64,000 nt of DNA from an uncultured delta proteobacterium (GTDB lineage Bacteria; Myxococcota; Myxococcia; Myxococcales; Myxococcaceae). The translations under genes and the position numbers were made by a program. The DNA lies in NCBI GenBank assembly GCA_963796055.1, contig CAWCKH010000004.1:3072001-3136000 (forward strand), read 5' to 3'. Under the pieces are notes generated by a model. The model saw nothing but the letters and a program-made list of their open reading frames with translations. It had not been told where the DNA came from and ran no database searches. Below, piece by piece: positions 23,368-33,697 of the stretch; position 1 is the first letter of the stretch, and each line of letters opens with the position of its first letter.

Positions 23368-24021
23368 ATGGCGATGCCCGAGCAACACTTCGAGGAGATC
23401 CGTGACGCCTGCGCGCACCTGCACGCCCGCGGGTTGCTCGCCGCGGCGGACGGAAACGTCAGCCTGCGGTTGCCGGACGACAGCATCCTCCTCACCCCGG
23501 CGGGAGTGAACAAGGCACGGCTCCGTCCGGGGTCGCTCGCCCGGATCACGCTCGACGGGCGCATCCTCGAAGGAACGCCCTCCACCGAGCGGGCGATGCA
23601 CCTCGCCATCTACCGCACCTGCCCCGACGCACGGGTCGTCGTCCACGCCCACCCGCCCACCGCGATCGCCTGGACGCTCGCCCGGCCCGAGCTGACCGAG
23701 CTGCCGACGGACGCACTTCCCGAGCTGCTCCTCGCCGCCGGGCGGGTACCGGTTGCCCCCTATGCGCGCCCCGGCACCGAGGAGATGGGGACGGTTCTCC
23801 TGCCGTTCCTCCCGGCGCACCGGCTGCTGCTGCTCGCGCGCCACGGTGCGCTCGCCTGGGGGGAGTCGATGGAGGAGGCGATCAACGGCATCGAGCGCGT
23901 GGAGCACAGCGCGCTCATCCTCAAGTCTGCGGAGGAGCTCGGGGGGGCGACGCCGCTGCCGCCGCTGGAGCTGGAGGAGCTCCGGGTGCTCCGGGCGCGC
24001 ATCGGCCCGAGGCTCCTGTGA
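23368..24021 (+). CDS. Class II aldolase/adducin family protein
   Basis: DGNVS, PSTE..MHLAIY, HAHP, LARHG. Confidence 0.9.
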   Translation: MAMPEQHFEEIRDACAHLHARGLLAAADGNVSLRLPDDSILLTPAGVNKARLRPGSLARITLDGRILEGTPSTERAMHLAIYRTCPDARVVVHAHPPTAIAWTLARPELTELPTDALPELLLAAGRVPVAPYARPGTEEMGTVLLPFLPAHRLLLLARHGALAWGESMEEAINGIERVEHSALILKSAEELGGATPLPPLELEELRVLRARIGPRLL

Positions 24022-25037
24022 AGCGCATCGAGGGCGGCGTCGCGCTCCGCTGCGACGGGACGCGTCTCGAGGTCCTGGACCAGACCAGGCTTCCGGACGC
24101 CGAGGTGTGGCTCGACGGGAGCGAGCCCGGGGCGATGGTGGGCCACATCCAGCGGCTCTCGGTCCGGGGAGCGCCGCTCATCGGCGTCGCCGCGGCCCTG
24201 AGCGTGGCGGCCGCTGCCGAGCGGGGGGCGGACGGGACCTCGCTCCGGAGCGCGGTGGCCCGGCTCCGCGAGGCGCGCCCCACGGCGGTGAATCTGGCGT
24301 CGGCCATGGACCGGCTGCGGGCGGTGCTCGACGCCGGTGGGAGCGCGGGGGACCTGGTCCACGAGGCGGAGGCGATCCACGCCGAGGACGTCGCCGCGTG
24401 CGCGCGGATGGGCGAGCTCGGCGCCGCCCTGGTGAGTCCCGGTGAGCAGCTGCTCACCCACTGCAACGCCGGGGCGCTGGCCACCGCGGGAATCGGCAGC
24501 GCCCTGGGCGTCATCCATCGCGCGCACGCCCGCGGCCTCGACATTCACGTGTGGGTGGACGAGACCCGCCCGATGCTCCAGGGGGCCCGGCTCACCGCCT
24601 GGGAGCTGGGTCGGCTGGGAGTTCCGTACACCCTGGTCACCGACGGCATGGCGGGGACGCTCTTCCGGGCAGGAAAGGTGAACCGCGTCGTGGTCGGCGC
24701 GGACCGGGTCGCCCGCAACGGCGACGTGGCGAACAAGATCGGAACCTACGCGGTGGCGGTGCTCGCCCGCGCCCACGGCGTGCCGTTCCACGTGGTGGCC
24801 CCGTGGTCGACGGTCGACCTCGACTGCCCCACCGGAGAGGCGATTCCCATCGAGCAACGTGCGGCGGACGAGGTGCGCGGCGCCCGCGGACTCCAGTGGG
24901 CCCCGGCCGGGGCGCCGGTGTTCAATCCCGCGTTCGACGTCACCCCGGCGGCGCTGGTGACGTCGCTGGTGACCGAGCGGGGCGTGGTCGACGGCGCCGC
25001 GCTCGCCGCTGGACGGCTGGCCCTGCTCGCACCGTGA
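24018..25037 (+). CDS. mtnA: S-methyl-5-thioribose-1-phosphate isomerase
   Basis: LDQTRLP, VRGAPLIG, RPTAVNL, THCNAG, ETRP, GADR, NKIGT, NPAFDVTP. Confidence 0.96.
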   Translation: MKRIEGGVALRCDGTRLEVLDQTRLPDAEVWLDGSEPGAMVGHIQRLSVRGAPLIGVAAALSVAAAAERGADGTSLRSAVARLREARPTAVNLASAMDRLRAVLDAGGSAGDLVHEAEAIHAEDVAACARMGELGAALVSPGEQLLTHCNAGALATAGIGSALGVIHRAHARGLDIHVWVDETRPMLQGARLTAWELGRLGVPYTLVTDGMAGTLFRAGKVNRVVVGADRVARNGDVANKIGTYAVAVLARAHGVPFHVVAPWSTVDLDCPTGEAIPIEQRAADEVRGARGLQWAPAGAPVFNPAFDVTPAALVTSLVTERGVVDGAALAAGRLALLAP

Positions 25038-25062
25038 GGAGCCAGCGCCCGGCCGGGGACCG

Positions 25063-26541
25063 TCAGGCGCGGAGCCCGAAGATCGACCGGAGGCGATCGA
25101 GGATCCAGTTGGCTTCCCGCACCTCGACCACCGTCCCGTTCGCCTCGGCCACCGCCCGCAGCTGGCCCCGGCGTCGCGCCAGGGCCTCGGAGAGGAGCCC
25201 CGCCAGCGCCGGCTGCTCGTCGAACAGCTGGGCGAACGTCGGCCGGTCCAATTCGAACAGCACCGCGTCTTCTGCGGCGACCACCGTCGCCGACCGCGGC
25301 TCGCCGGTGAGGAGCGACATCTCGCCGAAGTACTGCCCCCGCCCCAGCCGGGTCACCTCCACCCCGCGTGCGGTGAGGATGGAGACGCTTCCCGAGGCCA
25401 CCACGTAGAATGTCTGGCCGGGCGCGCCCTGCTCGATGACCCGCTCTCCGCGGCCGAACCGGCGCGGCACCATCTCGTGCGCCACCCGCTCGCGCTCGCC
25501 CGGGCCGAGCACCCGGAAGAGGTCAACCTCGTCGAGCAGCGCGATCCGGCTCGACACCGGGAATTCCGCCGTCGTTTGTTCCGGGAAGCGATGGTGGACC
25601 ACCTGCTGGTCGTAGGGCACCTCGATGCCCTCGCGCCGCAGCCGGTACCAGAGCCGGGTCAGGATCTCGTCGCGCACCCCGTTCCCGCGCGACACGTCCG
25701 ACACGTAGAAGCGGATCCGGTACTTGATGCCCGAGCTGTCGTAGGACCAGGTCCGCACCCGGGCCGCCGGCTCGGCGAGGATGAGCGGCACCTCGGCCAG
25801 CGTCTCGCGCAGCACGGCTTTCACCCGGTTCGGCGGGGTGTCGTAGCTGAGGACCAGGAAGGTGTCGAAGCCCACCGGTTCGCCGCCACGCGAGAAGTTC
25901 TTCACCCCCTGCTTGCTGAAGGTGGTGTTGGGGATGGAGATGATCTCCCGGCGCTTGTTCTCCACCCGGGTGGCGCGCCAGCCGATCTGCACGATGCGCC
26001 CGAAGACGTCGGTGCCCACCCCGACGACGTCGCCCACCTGGAATGGACGCTCGAGCTGGATGGCCAGGCCGGCGAACAGGTTCCCCAGCGTCTCCTGGAG
26101 CGCCAGACCGATGACCACCGAGACGATGGCCGAGCCGGCGAGCAGGCTGGAGAGGTCGATGCGGAACTCGCGCTGGACGATGATCAACGTCGCGACCAGG
26201 TACAGCGTGCCGTCCAGCACGTCCCGGAGGATCTTCGGCGTGGGCCGCGAGCGCAGCCGGGCCAGCTTCAGCAGCACCGAGACGGCGAGCCGGATGAAAC
26301 CGAAAGTGAGGGCCAGCATCCACGCCAGCTCGAGCACCTGGTGGAGGCCCCGGGGCAGCTGGGTCCCCCGGTAGAGGTCCACCGTGCGCAGGATGAGGTA
26401 CCCGGCCAGGAGCGAGGCCGCGCCGCGCAGGTCGCGCTTGAACTGCGGGTCTGCACTGAGCGCCTGGAGCCCGATGAGAGTGACCACGAGCCCCGCGCAG
26501 GCGGTGAACAGCCCATTGCTCTGGAGCAGTTGGAGCACCAA
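25063..26541 (-). CDS. MscS mechanosensitive channel with cNMP-binding domain
   Basis: GLALQETLGNLFAG, ERPFQVGD; FGEMSLLTGEPRSATV. Confidence 0.92.
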   Translation of the reverse strand: MVLQLLQSNGLFTACAGLVVTLIGLQALSADPQFKRDLRGAASLLAGYLILRTVDLYRGTQLPRGLHQVLELAWMLALTFGFIRLAVSVLLKLARLRSRPTPKILRDVLDGTLYLVATLIIVQREFRIDLSSLLAGSAIVSVVIGLALQETLGNLFAGLAIQLERPFQVGDVVGVGTDVFGRIVQIGWRATRVENKRREIISIPNTTFSKQGVKNFSRGGEPVGFDTFLVLSYDTPPNRVKAVLRETLAEVPLILAEPAARVRTWSYDSSGIKYRIRFYVSDVSRGNGVRDEILTRLWYRLRREGIEVPYDQQVVHHRFPEQTTAEFPVSSRIALLDEVDLFRVLGPGERERVAHEMVPRRFGRGERVIEQGAPGQTFYVVASGSVSILTARGVEVTRLGRGQYFGEMSLLTGEPRSATVVAAEDAVLFELDRPTFAQLFDEQPALAGLLSEALARRRGQLRAVAEANGTVVEVREANWILDRLRSIFGLRA

Positions 26542-26627
26542 GCGCGGGGCGGAGGATGCGGGTCGCTCGGTAGCCCCGTCAAGGTTGACGAAGGCAGCGG
26601 GCAGAGAGCATGTGAGAAGTGCTTCCG

Positions 26628-27651
26628 ATGACCCTCTCCGACGTCCAGGGACAGCCCCGTGCCGTCCACGCGCTCCAGGCCGCTCTGGCGCACGGCACGG
26701 TGCCCCATGCGTGGCTGCTGACCGGGCCCTCGGGGGTGGGCAAGGAGCTGGCGGCGCTGGGCATGGCCCAGGCGCTGGTCTGTCCCGTCTCCCCGCTGGT
26801 CGGCTGCGGGAAGTGCCCGGCCTGTACCCGGGTCTCCCACTTCCATCACCCGGACGTGCTGTGGCTGATGCCCGAGGAGGAGGCCGTCCGGCGGAAGCTC
26901 GCTGCCCGGAGCGACTTCGACCACGTGCCGTCGAGGGAGATCCGCGTGGACCAGGTGCGGCGGCTTCAAGAGAGGCTCGCCCTCCGCCCGCTCGAGGCGC
27001 CCCGCAAGGTGGTTCTTCTGCTACCCGCCGAGGCGATGAACCCCCAGGCGCAGAACGCCTTCCTCAAGACGCTCGAGGAACCACCGCCGGACACGGTGCT
27101 GCTGCTGGTCTCCGCCGCGCCGGACCGGCTCCTCCCCACCCTGCGGAGCCGGTGCGTCCGGGTGGCGTTCGGGCCCCTGCCCCACGCCTTCGTGCGCGGG
27201 GGAGGTCCAACGCCGCCTCGAGGTCACCGACGAGGTGGCCGAGGCGGTGGCCTCACTGGCCGACGGGAGCCTCGAGCGCGCGCTCTCGCTCGACGCCGAC
27301 CGCCTGGCGGACCGGCGCGGGCGCATCGAGCGCTTCGAGGCGGTGACCGGCAAGGACCTCCGGACGGTGCTGCGCTTCGCCGACGAGGCCGGGAACAGCC
27401 GGGAGGAGGCCGAGGCGACGCTCGCCCTGCTCACCGTCTGGGTGCGCGACGTGGCGGTGGCCCGTGCCGGGGGTGACAGCCTGTTCCACCCCGAGCTGAG
27501 GCCGCTGGCCGAGCGGGTGGCCAGCAGTCTGGACGACGACGCGCTGCACCGCCGCTTCCGCCTGCTCGACGACGCGATGGTGGCCATTCGCCAGCGGAAC
27601 GCCTCCCCGCGGCTGCAGCTCGAGCGCATGCTGCTGGAGATGGAGGGATGA
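26628..27651 (+). CDS. holB: DNA polymerase III delta' subunit, frameshifted at ~27200
   Basis: HAWLLTGPSGVGK, CGKCPAC, HPD, NAFLKTLEEP, LPTLRSRC; continues in another frame after a G5 run. Confidence 0.9.
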
Positions 27652-28976
27652 GCGATTCCCTCGCCCCGCTGCTCGCCGCGGTGAAGGCCGGGACGGTGCG
27701 GCCGCTGTACCTCTGCTGGGGCGAGGAGTTCCTGGTGCGGCGCGATGCCGAGGCCCTGGCCCACGCCCTGGTCCCCGAGGCCGCGGCAGGCCTGAACTTC
27801 GCGGTGCTGGATGCGGCCTCGCCACGGGAGATCGCCGCCGAGCTCCTCACCCTGCCGCTCTTTCCCGGCCGGAAGGTGGCCCTGGTGCGCGACCCGGAGT
27901 TCCTCGCCCCGAAGAAGGGCCGGGTGGACGCCCTGGGCAAGGTGCGCGAGGCGTGGAAGGCCGGAAGGCGAAAGGAGTCCGCCCGCCGGCTGCTGGCGCT
28001 CGTCGCCCGGGCGGGCTGGGGCCCGGCCGAGGTCGACCCGTCGGTACCCGGAGCCCCTTCGCCCGAGGCGTGGAGGGAGGAGCTGGGCATCGCCCTGGCC
28101 GACGCCGACCTCGACTGGCTTCGCGAGATGGCCGCCTTCATCCGTGAGGAGCGGGTGACCGCACCCGAGTCGGACGTGTCCCCTCTCCTCTCGGCGCTGG
28201 AGCGGGGGTTGCCCGAGGGGCACGCGCTGATCATCGCCGCCACCGACGTGGACCCGCGCCATCCGCTCCTCAAGGCCGCGCAGAAGCAGGGCGCGGTGGT
28301 GGAAAGGAAGGTGGGCGGGCGGCTCCGGGACCTCGACCTCAGCGGGGCGGCCCGGAGCTTCCTCGACGGAACGGGGAAGCGCCTCGGTCCCGGCGCGGAG
28401 GAGGCCTTGCGCGACCGGCTCGGGGGGCAGATGCGCCTGCTCCAGTCCGAGCTGGAGAAGCTGGTGGCCTACGTGCAGGAGCCGGTCATCCGGCGCGAGG
28501 ACGTGGAGCAGGTGGTCGCCCGGGTGCGGGAGGAGGAGTTCCTCGAGCTGTCGGACGCGCTGCAGAAGAGAGACCTCGCCGCGGCGCTCCACTACGTGGA
28601 CGAGGCCCTGGAGCACGGGGCCGCCCCGCTGATGATCCTCGGAGCGGTGGCCAGCGTGGTCCGGGGGTTGATCGAGTCCCACGAGCGGATGACGCAGCTC
28701 GGCCGCGGGCAGCCGCCCCGCAGCTTCGACGAGTTCAAGTCTCGTATCTTTCCCGGGGTGGAGCGCGAGGCGCGACAGCACGGCCAGCGCGTGCCGCACC
28801 CCTGGGCTGCCTTCCTGGGGATGCAGGCCGCGGCGCGCTACGGACGCCCGGCGCTCCGTCGAGGGTTGCTCGCCTGTGCCGAGGCCGACGTGGCCCTCAA
28901 ATCGTCCGGGGCGGGGAAGCTGGTGCTCGAGCGGCTGTTGTGGACCGTGTGTCCCCCCGTCCGAGGCCCGGCTTAA
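27648..28976 (+). CDS. holA: DNA polymerase III delta subunit
   Basis: PLYLCWGEEFL, TLPLFPGRKV, SELEKL, LKSS..LERL; overlaps holB stop. Confidence 0.85.
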   Translation: MSDSLAPLLAAVKAGTVRPLYLCWGEEFLVRRDAEALAHALVPEAAAGLNFAVLDAASPREIAAELLTLPLFPGRKVALVRDPEFLAPKKGRVDALGKVREAWKAGRRKESARRLLALVARAGWGPAEVDPSVPGAPSPEAWREELGIALADADLDWLREMAAFIREERVTAPESDVSPLLSALERGLPEGHALIIAATDVDPRHPLLKAAQKQGAVVERKVGGRLRDLDLSGAARSFLDGTGKRLGPGAEEALRDRLGGQMRLLQSELEKLVAYVQEPVIRREDVEQVVARVREEEFLELSDALQKRDLAAALHYVDEALEHGAAPLMILGAVASVVRGLIESHERMTQLGRGQPPRSFDEFKSRIFPGVEREARQHGQRVPHPWAAFLGMQAAARYGRPALRRGLLACAEADVALKSSGAGKLVLERLLWTVCPPVRGPA

Positions 28977-29022
28977 CCTCCCCTCACACTTCCGGGTTCT
29001 CCCCGGTGTGCTCGCGCTGTCG

Positions 29023-29643
29023 ATGACCCAGAGTGGACGACCCCGGCAGGCGCCGCAGCTGACACTGGTGGGGCCGCGCGCGCCGAGCGACGAGGCCCTG
29101 GTCCGGGCCCATCTGGACGGAGATCCGGCTGCCTTCGGCGCGCTGGTGCAGCGACACCAGCGGCTGGTACTGGCCCTGGTGCGGCGCTACACGCGCTCGC
29201 CGGAGGAGTCCGCGGACCTGGTCCAGCAGGCGTTCCTGCGGGCCTTCGCCGCGGCGGGGCGGGTCTTTCCGCGGATGCGGCTGGGCGAGGAGGGCGCGTT
29301 CCGGGCCTGGCTGCTCCGGGTGGCGGTGAACGTCGGCAAGAACCACGCCCGGGACCGCCACCGCTGGCGGCTCGAACCGGTGGACTCGATGGACCTCCCG
29401 GCCACCGACGGTACCGGGGTGACCGAACGCCTCGAGACCGAGCAGCGCCGCCGGATGGTGCGGGCCGCGCTCGACACGCTCACCCGGCGGCAGCGGGAGG
29501 TGTTCGCGCTCCGGGTGGACGCCGAGCTGCCCTTCGCCGAGGTGGCCCGGGTGCTGGACATCACCGAGAACAACGCCAAGGTCCACTTTCACCATGCGGT
29601 GCGGAGGCTGCGGGAGCGGCTGGGCGGGGAGGGCGGGGAATGA
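29023..29643 (+). CDS. ECF RNA polymerase sigma factor
   Basis: DLVQQAFLRA, FRAWLLRVAVN, QREVFALR, EVARVL. Confidence 0.92.
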   Translation: MTQSGRPRQAPQLTLVGPRAPSDEALVRAHLDGDPAAFGALVQRHQRLVLALVRRYTRSPEESADLVQQAFLRAFAAAGRVFPRMRLGEEGAFRAWLLRVAVNVGKNHARDRHRWRLEPVDSMDLPATDGTGVTERLETEQRRRMVRAALDTLTRRQREVFALRVDAELPFAEVARVLDITENNAKVHFHHAVRRLRERLGGEGGE

Positions 29644-30155
29644 CCACGGACTGCGAGATGCTGGGAGCGCTGCTCTCCGAGCGCCACCGCGGCGAGCTGT
29701 CGCCGGAACGGGCGCAGGCGCTCGAGGACCACCTGGCCGGCTGTGCCCGGTGCCGGGAGGAGGCGCGAGGCCTGGAGGCGGTGCTGGCGGCGGTGGAGCT
29801 GCCGCCCATCGGCGCCGCGGAGCTCGAGGTGCTCCGGTCCCGGCGGCTCGGCGGGCCCGCCCGTCGGAGGCCGAAGAGCACGGGGTGGCGGTTGCCTGCG
29901 GTGGTGCTGGCGGCCGCGGCGGCGGCGGCCCTGACCATCTCGGTCCGCCCGGCACCGCGCCGGCTCGCCCCGGGCGTCGAGCAGACCGCGACCGCGGTGG
30001 CGCCCCCGGCCGAGGTGCTGCCCGCCGGGGACACGCAGGAGCTCTTCCCGGAGATGAGCGCCGACGCCGACGGCGTCGACGAGACCGTGGACACGGTGGA
30101 AGACGACGCGCTGTCGCTCGAGGGCCCGGGGCTGTTCGGAAATCTGGATGGATAG
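29640..30155 (+). CDS. Zinc-finger (zf-HC2) anti-sigma factor
   Basis: HLAGCARC plus one TM helix; coupled to the sigma gene. Confidence 0.88.
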   Translation: MTTDCEMLGALLSERHRGELSPERAQALEDHLAGCARCREEARGLEAVLAAVELPPIGAAELEVLRSRRLGGPARRRPKSTGWRLPAVVLAAAAAAALTISVRPAPRRLAPGVEQTATAVAPPAEVLPAGDTQELFPEMSADADGVDETVDTVEDDALSLEGPGLFGNLDG

Positions 30156-30174
30156 GCCGAGGAGGAGCAGGACG

Positions 30175-30681
30175 ATGAAGACCTGGATGGTGCTCGGGAT
30201 GGTGTCGCTGGCGGGTGTGGCCCAGGCGGCCAGCCCGAAGAGGGCGGACGACCCGGACTCCGCCGCGCGGCGCGAGCAGCTGGACCAGCGCGTTCAGATG
30301 ATGGTGACCCTGCAGCTCGCCGACGCGCTGGAGCTCGACGACGCCGCGACGTTGAAGCTGCGGCAGACGGTCGCCCAGTGGGAGGCCCAGCGGGCGCCGC
30401 TGCGTCAGCAGATGTTCGATCTGGCCCAGGTGCTCCGCCGCGCCGCGAAGGGTGACACCACCGCCTACGGCCAGGTGGACCAGGCGATCCAGAAGATCAT
30501 CGCCCTCCGCAACCAGATGCACCAAATCGACCAGACCATGTTCCAGCAGCTCTCCCAGGGGCTGCCCCCGCAGAAGAAGGCCAAGCTGGCGCTGGCCATC
30601 GCCCGGATGGGCGGGACGATGCGCGGCATGATGCACGGTGGGCGTGGCGGTCCGCGGGGAGAGCCGGACGACATGCAGTGA
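30175..30681 (+). CDS. Spy/CpxP-like periplasmic protein
   Basis: Signal peptide, Q/M-rich helical body, LPPQK end motif; follows ECF/anti-sigma pair. Confidence 0.6.
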   Translation: MKTWMVLGMVSLAGVAQAASPKRADDPDSAARREQLDQRVQMMVTLQLADALELDDAATLKLRQTVAQWEAQRAPLRQQMFDLAQVLRRAAKGDTTAYGQVDQAIQKIIALRNQMHQIDQTMFQQLSQGLPPQKKAKLALAIARMGGTMRGMMHGGRGGPRGEPDDMQ

Positions 30682-30794
30682 CGGTGTCGTCCGGGCAGTT
30701 CCGCCCGTCGAGGCGGTGACCGGAGCCGTGCAGGAGGAGTTCCGAGCCGCTAGAGTGCCCGGCCCCTCGCTGCACCTCCGGAAGCAACGCCTCG

Positions 30795-32876
30795 ATGCCC
30801 GGGAAGAAGAAGTATCTCGTCACTTCAGCGCTGCCCTACGCCAACGGCCCGCTCCACATCGGCCACACGGTGGAGTACGTGCTGACCGACGCCTTCGTAC
30901 GCTATCTGCGCTCGGCCGGGCACGAGGTGGTGTTCGTCTGCGCGGATGACACCCACGGCACCCCCGTCGAGCTGAGCGCTGCCAAGCAGGGGGTGAGCCC
31001 CGAGGCGTTCGTGGGGGAGATGTGGGAGAAGCACCGGGCGGACTTCCGCGACTTCGGCATCTCGCTCGACACCTTCCACTCCACCAACAGCCCCGAGAGC
31101 AAGCACTACTCCGAGCTGATCTACGGGCGGCTGAAGGAGGCCGGGGACATCCTGCGCCGTCCGATCCGGCAGACCTACTGCGAGGTGGACCGGCGGTTCC
31201 TGCCGGACCGGTTCGTGCGCGGGACCTGTCCGAACTGCAAGAGTCCGGACCAGTACGGTGACGCCTGCGAGGTGTGCGGGAAGACCTACCGCCCCGACGA
31301 GCTGATCTCCCCCCGCTGCGCGATCTGCGGCACCCCGCCGATCACGCGCCAGAGCGAGCACCTCTTCTTCGCGCTCTCCCGGCACCAGCCGTGGCTCCAG
31401 GACGTGGTGCGGAGCCCCGGGTTCCTGCACCCGGCGGTGGCCAACCAGCTCCAGGCCTTCTTCGACCAGGGACTTCAAGACTGGGACATCAGCCGCGACG
31501 CCCCGTACTTCGGCTTTCCCATCCCGGGAGAGAAGGACAAGTTCTTCTACGTCTGGCTGGACGCGCCGATCGGCTACATCGCGGCGACCGAGAAGTGGGC
31601 CAAGGATTCGGGCCGGGCGGGCTCGGCGATGGATCTCTGGGCAGAGGACTCGGACACCGAGATCCGCCACTTCATCGGGAAGGACATCGTCTACTTCCAT
31701 GCGCTGTTCTGGCCGACGGTGCTCAAGGTCGCGCGGTTCAAGCGGCCGGCGAAGTTGCACGTCCACGGACACCTGACCCTCAATGGCGAGAAGATGTCGA
31801 AGTCGCGCGGGACGCTGATCTCCGCGCGAACGGCGGTCGAGGCGTTCGACCCGGCGTACCTGCGCTACTTCTTTGCCGCCAACCTGGGGCCGGGCCCCGA
31901 GGACTTCGACCTGTCGCTCCCCGAGTTCCGGGCCCGGGTGAACGGCGAGCTGGTCAACAACGTCGGCAACCTCGCCAACCGGACGCTGTCGCTGCTCGCC
32001 GGACCGCTGGGCGGCAAGCTCGCCCCGGCGCCGGGCGAGGCCGGCAGGTCGTTGCTCGAGGCCGCCCTGGCCCGCGTCCCCGAGGTGGTCGAGGCCTACG
32101 AGGCGCTCGACCTCCGCGCGGTCATCCGGACGACGGTGGAGGTCTCGCAGTCGGCGAACCAGTTCCTCCAGGCGCGGGCGCCGTGGGCGAAGGTGAAGAC
32201 CGACCCCGAGGTGGCGCGGGCCGATCTCTCCGACGTGTCGGACGTGGTGGCGCTGCTGGCGACGTTCCTGACGCCCATCGTTCCCTCGCTGACCGAGAAG
32301 CTCTTCGCCCAGCTGGGGACGGCGCCTCTGACCTTCGCCGACCTGGCGACGGCGCGGGTGCCACTGCTCCCGCGCGGCCGGGCGCTGGGGACCCCGGCTC
32401 CGCTGCTGCCGCGGCTCGAGGAGGCGCAGGTGAACAGGCTCGTGCCGGCCGAGGAGCTCGCCCGCATGGCTGGGGAGTGGGCCCTGAAGCCCCGGACGCT
32501 GGCACCCGCGCGCGAACCGGCACCCGCCCCGGCGGCGGAGGCGGAGCCCGGGGAGATCGACATCGACGCCTTCGCCCGGGTCGCGCTGCGGGTGGGCCAG
32601 GTGCTGGCGGCCGAGCGGGTGCCCAAGGCGGACAAGCTCCTGAAGCTCACGGTGGACGTGGGCGAGGGCAGCCCCCGCACCGTGGTGGCGGGGATCGCCG
32701 AGGCCTATGCGCCCGAGGCGCTGGTGGGACGGAAGGTGGTGGTGGTGGCGAACCTCAAGCCGCGCGCGCTCCGGGGCATCGAGTCGCGGGGCATGCTGCT
32801 CGCGGCCGGGAGCGGTGGCGCGTCGTTGAAGCTCGTCGATCCCGGTGACCTTCCCCCCGGCAGCCCGGTGAAGTGA
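30795..32876 (+). CDS. metG: Methionyl-tRNA synthetase
   Basis: LPYANGPLHIGH, KMSKS, Zn knuckles, C-terminal tRNA-binding OB domain. Confidence 0.98.
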   Translation: MPGKKKYLVTSALPYANGPLHIGHTVEYVLTDAFVRYLRSAGHEVVFVCADDTHGTPVELSAAKQGVSPEAFVGEMWEKHRADFRDFGISLDTFHSTNSPESKHYSELIYGRLKEAGDILRRPIRQTYCEVDRRFLPDRFVRGTCPNCKSPDQYGDACEVCGKTYRPDELISPRCAICGTPPITRQSEHLFFALSRHQPWLQDVVRSPGFLHPAVANQLQAFFDQGLQDWDISRDAPYFGFPIPGEKDKFFYVWLDAPIGYIAATEKWAKDSGRAGSAMDLWAEDSDTEIRHFIGKDIVYFHALFWPTVLKVARFKRPAKLHVHGHLTLNGEKMSKSRGTLISARTAVEAFDPAYLRYFFAANLGPGPEDFDLSLPEFRARVNGELVNNVGNLANRTLSLLAGPLGGKLAPAPGEAGRSLLEAALARVPEVVEAYEALDLRAVIRTTVEVSQSANQFLQARAPWAKVKTDPEVARADLSDVSDVVALLATFLTPIVPSLTEKLFAQLGTAPLTFADLATARVPLLPRGRALGTPAPLLPRLEEAQVNRLVPAEELARMAGEWALKPRTLAPAREPAPAPAAEAEPGEIDIDAFARVALRVGQVLAAERVPKADKLLKLTVDVGEGSPRTVVAGIAEAYAPEALVGRKVVVVANLKPRALRGIESRGMLLAAGSGGASLKLVDPGDLPPGSPVK

Positions 32877-33658
32877 TGCGCCTGGTGGATGGGCACTGCC
32901 ACCTCGAGCCGGACGACTACCCGGAGGTGGGCGAGGTCGTGGCCCGGATGGTGTCGGCGGGGGTGGTGCACGCGGTGGTGGTCGGTCAGTTTCAGGCGCC
33001 CGGTGACTTCGGGCACGCGGTCGCGATCGCCGCTGCGCATCCGGAGCGGCTGACCGCGACGCTGGGGATCCACCCCCACGAGGCGGCGCGGGCCACCGAG
33101 GCGGACTTCGCCTTCCTGGAGCGCGCGTGCGCCCGGCCCGGGGTGCACGCGGTGGGGGAGGCAGGGCTCGACTTCTATTACGACCGCTCACCGCGGGAGG
33201 TGCAGGACAGGGTGTTCCGGCGGCAGTGCGCGCTGTCGGTCGCGGTCGGCAAGCCGCTGGTGGTCCACGTCCGTGACGCGCACGTGGAATGTGCGGAGAT
33301 CCTCCGCGCCGAGCGCCCCACGGCGGGGGTCATCCACTGCTTCACCGGGGACCTCGCGGCGGCGCGGACGTACCTCGACCTCGGCTTCCACCTCTCCATC
33401 TCCGGGGTGGTGACCTACAAGAAGACCGAGGCCCTCGCCGAGGCGGTGCGGTTCGCCCCGCTGGAGCGGCTCCTGGTGGAGACGGACTCGCCGTACCTGG
33501 CGCCGGTTCCGTACCGGGGGAAGAAGAACCAGCCGGCCTACGTGGTCGAGACCGCCCGGCGGGTCGCCGAGCTGAAGGGCCTGCCCCTGGAGCAGCTCGC
33601 GGAGGCGACGAGCATCAACGCCGCGCGCGCGTACCGGTTCCAGCTGCCGGGTGCATGA
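32876..33658 (+). CDS. tatD: TatD family hydrolase
   Basis: DGHCHL, GIHPH, GEAGLD, HCF, ETDSPYL. Confidence 0.95.
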   Translation: MRLVDGHCHLEPDDYPEVGEVVARMVSAGVVHAVVVGQFQAPGDFGHAVAIAAAHPERLTATLGIHPHEAARATEADFAFLERACARPGVHAVGEAGLDFYYDRSPREVQDRVFRRQCALSVAVGKPLVVHVRDAHVECAEILRAERPTAGVIHCFTGDLAAARTYLDLGFHLSISGVVTYKKTEALAEAVRFAPLERLLVETDSPYLAPVPYRGKKNQPAYVVETARRVAELKGLPLEQLAEATSINAARAYRFQLPGA

Positions 33659-33697
33659 GGCAGGGGCAGGCCGCCTCCGGGGAAGCGGGGTCGGCGC

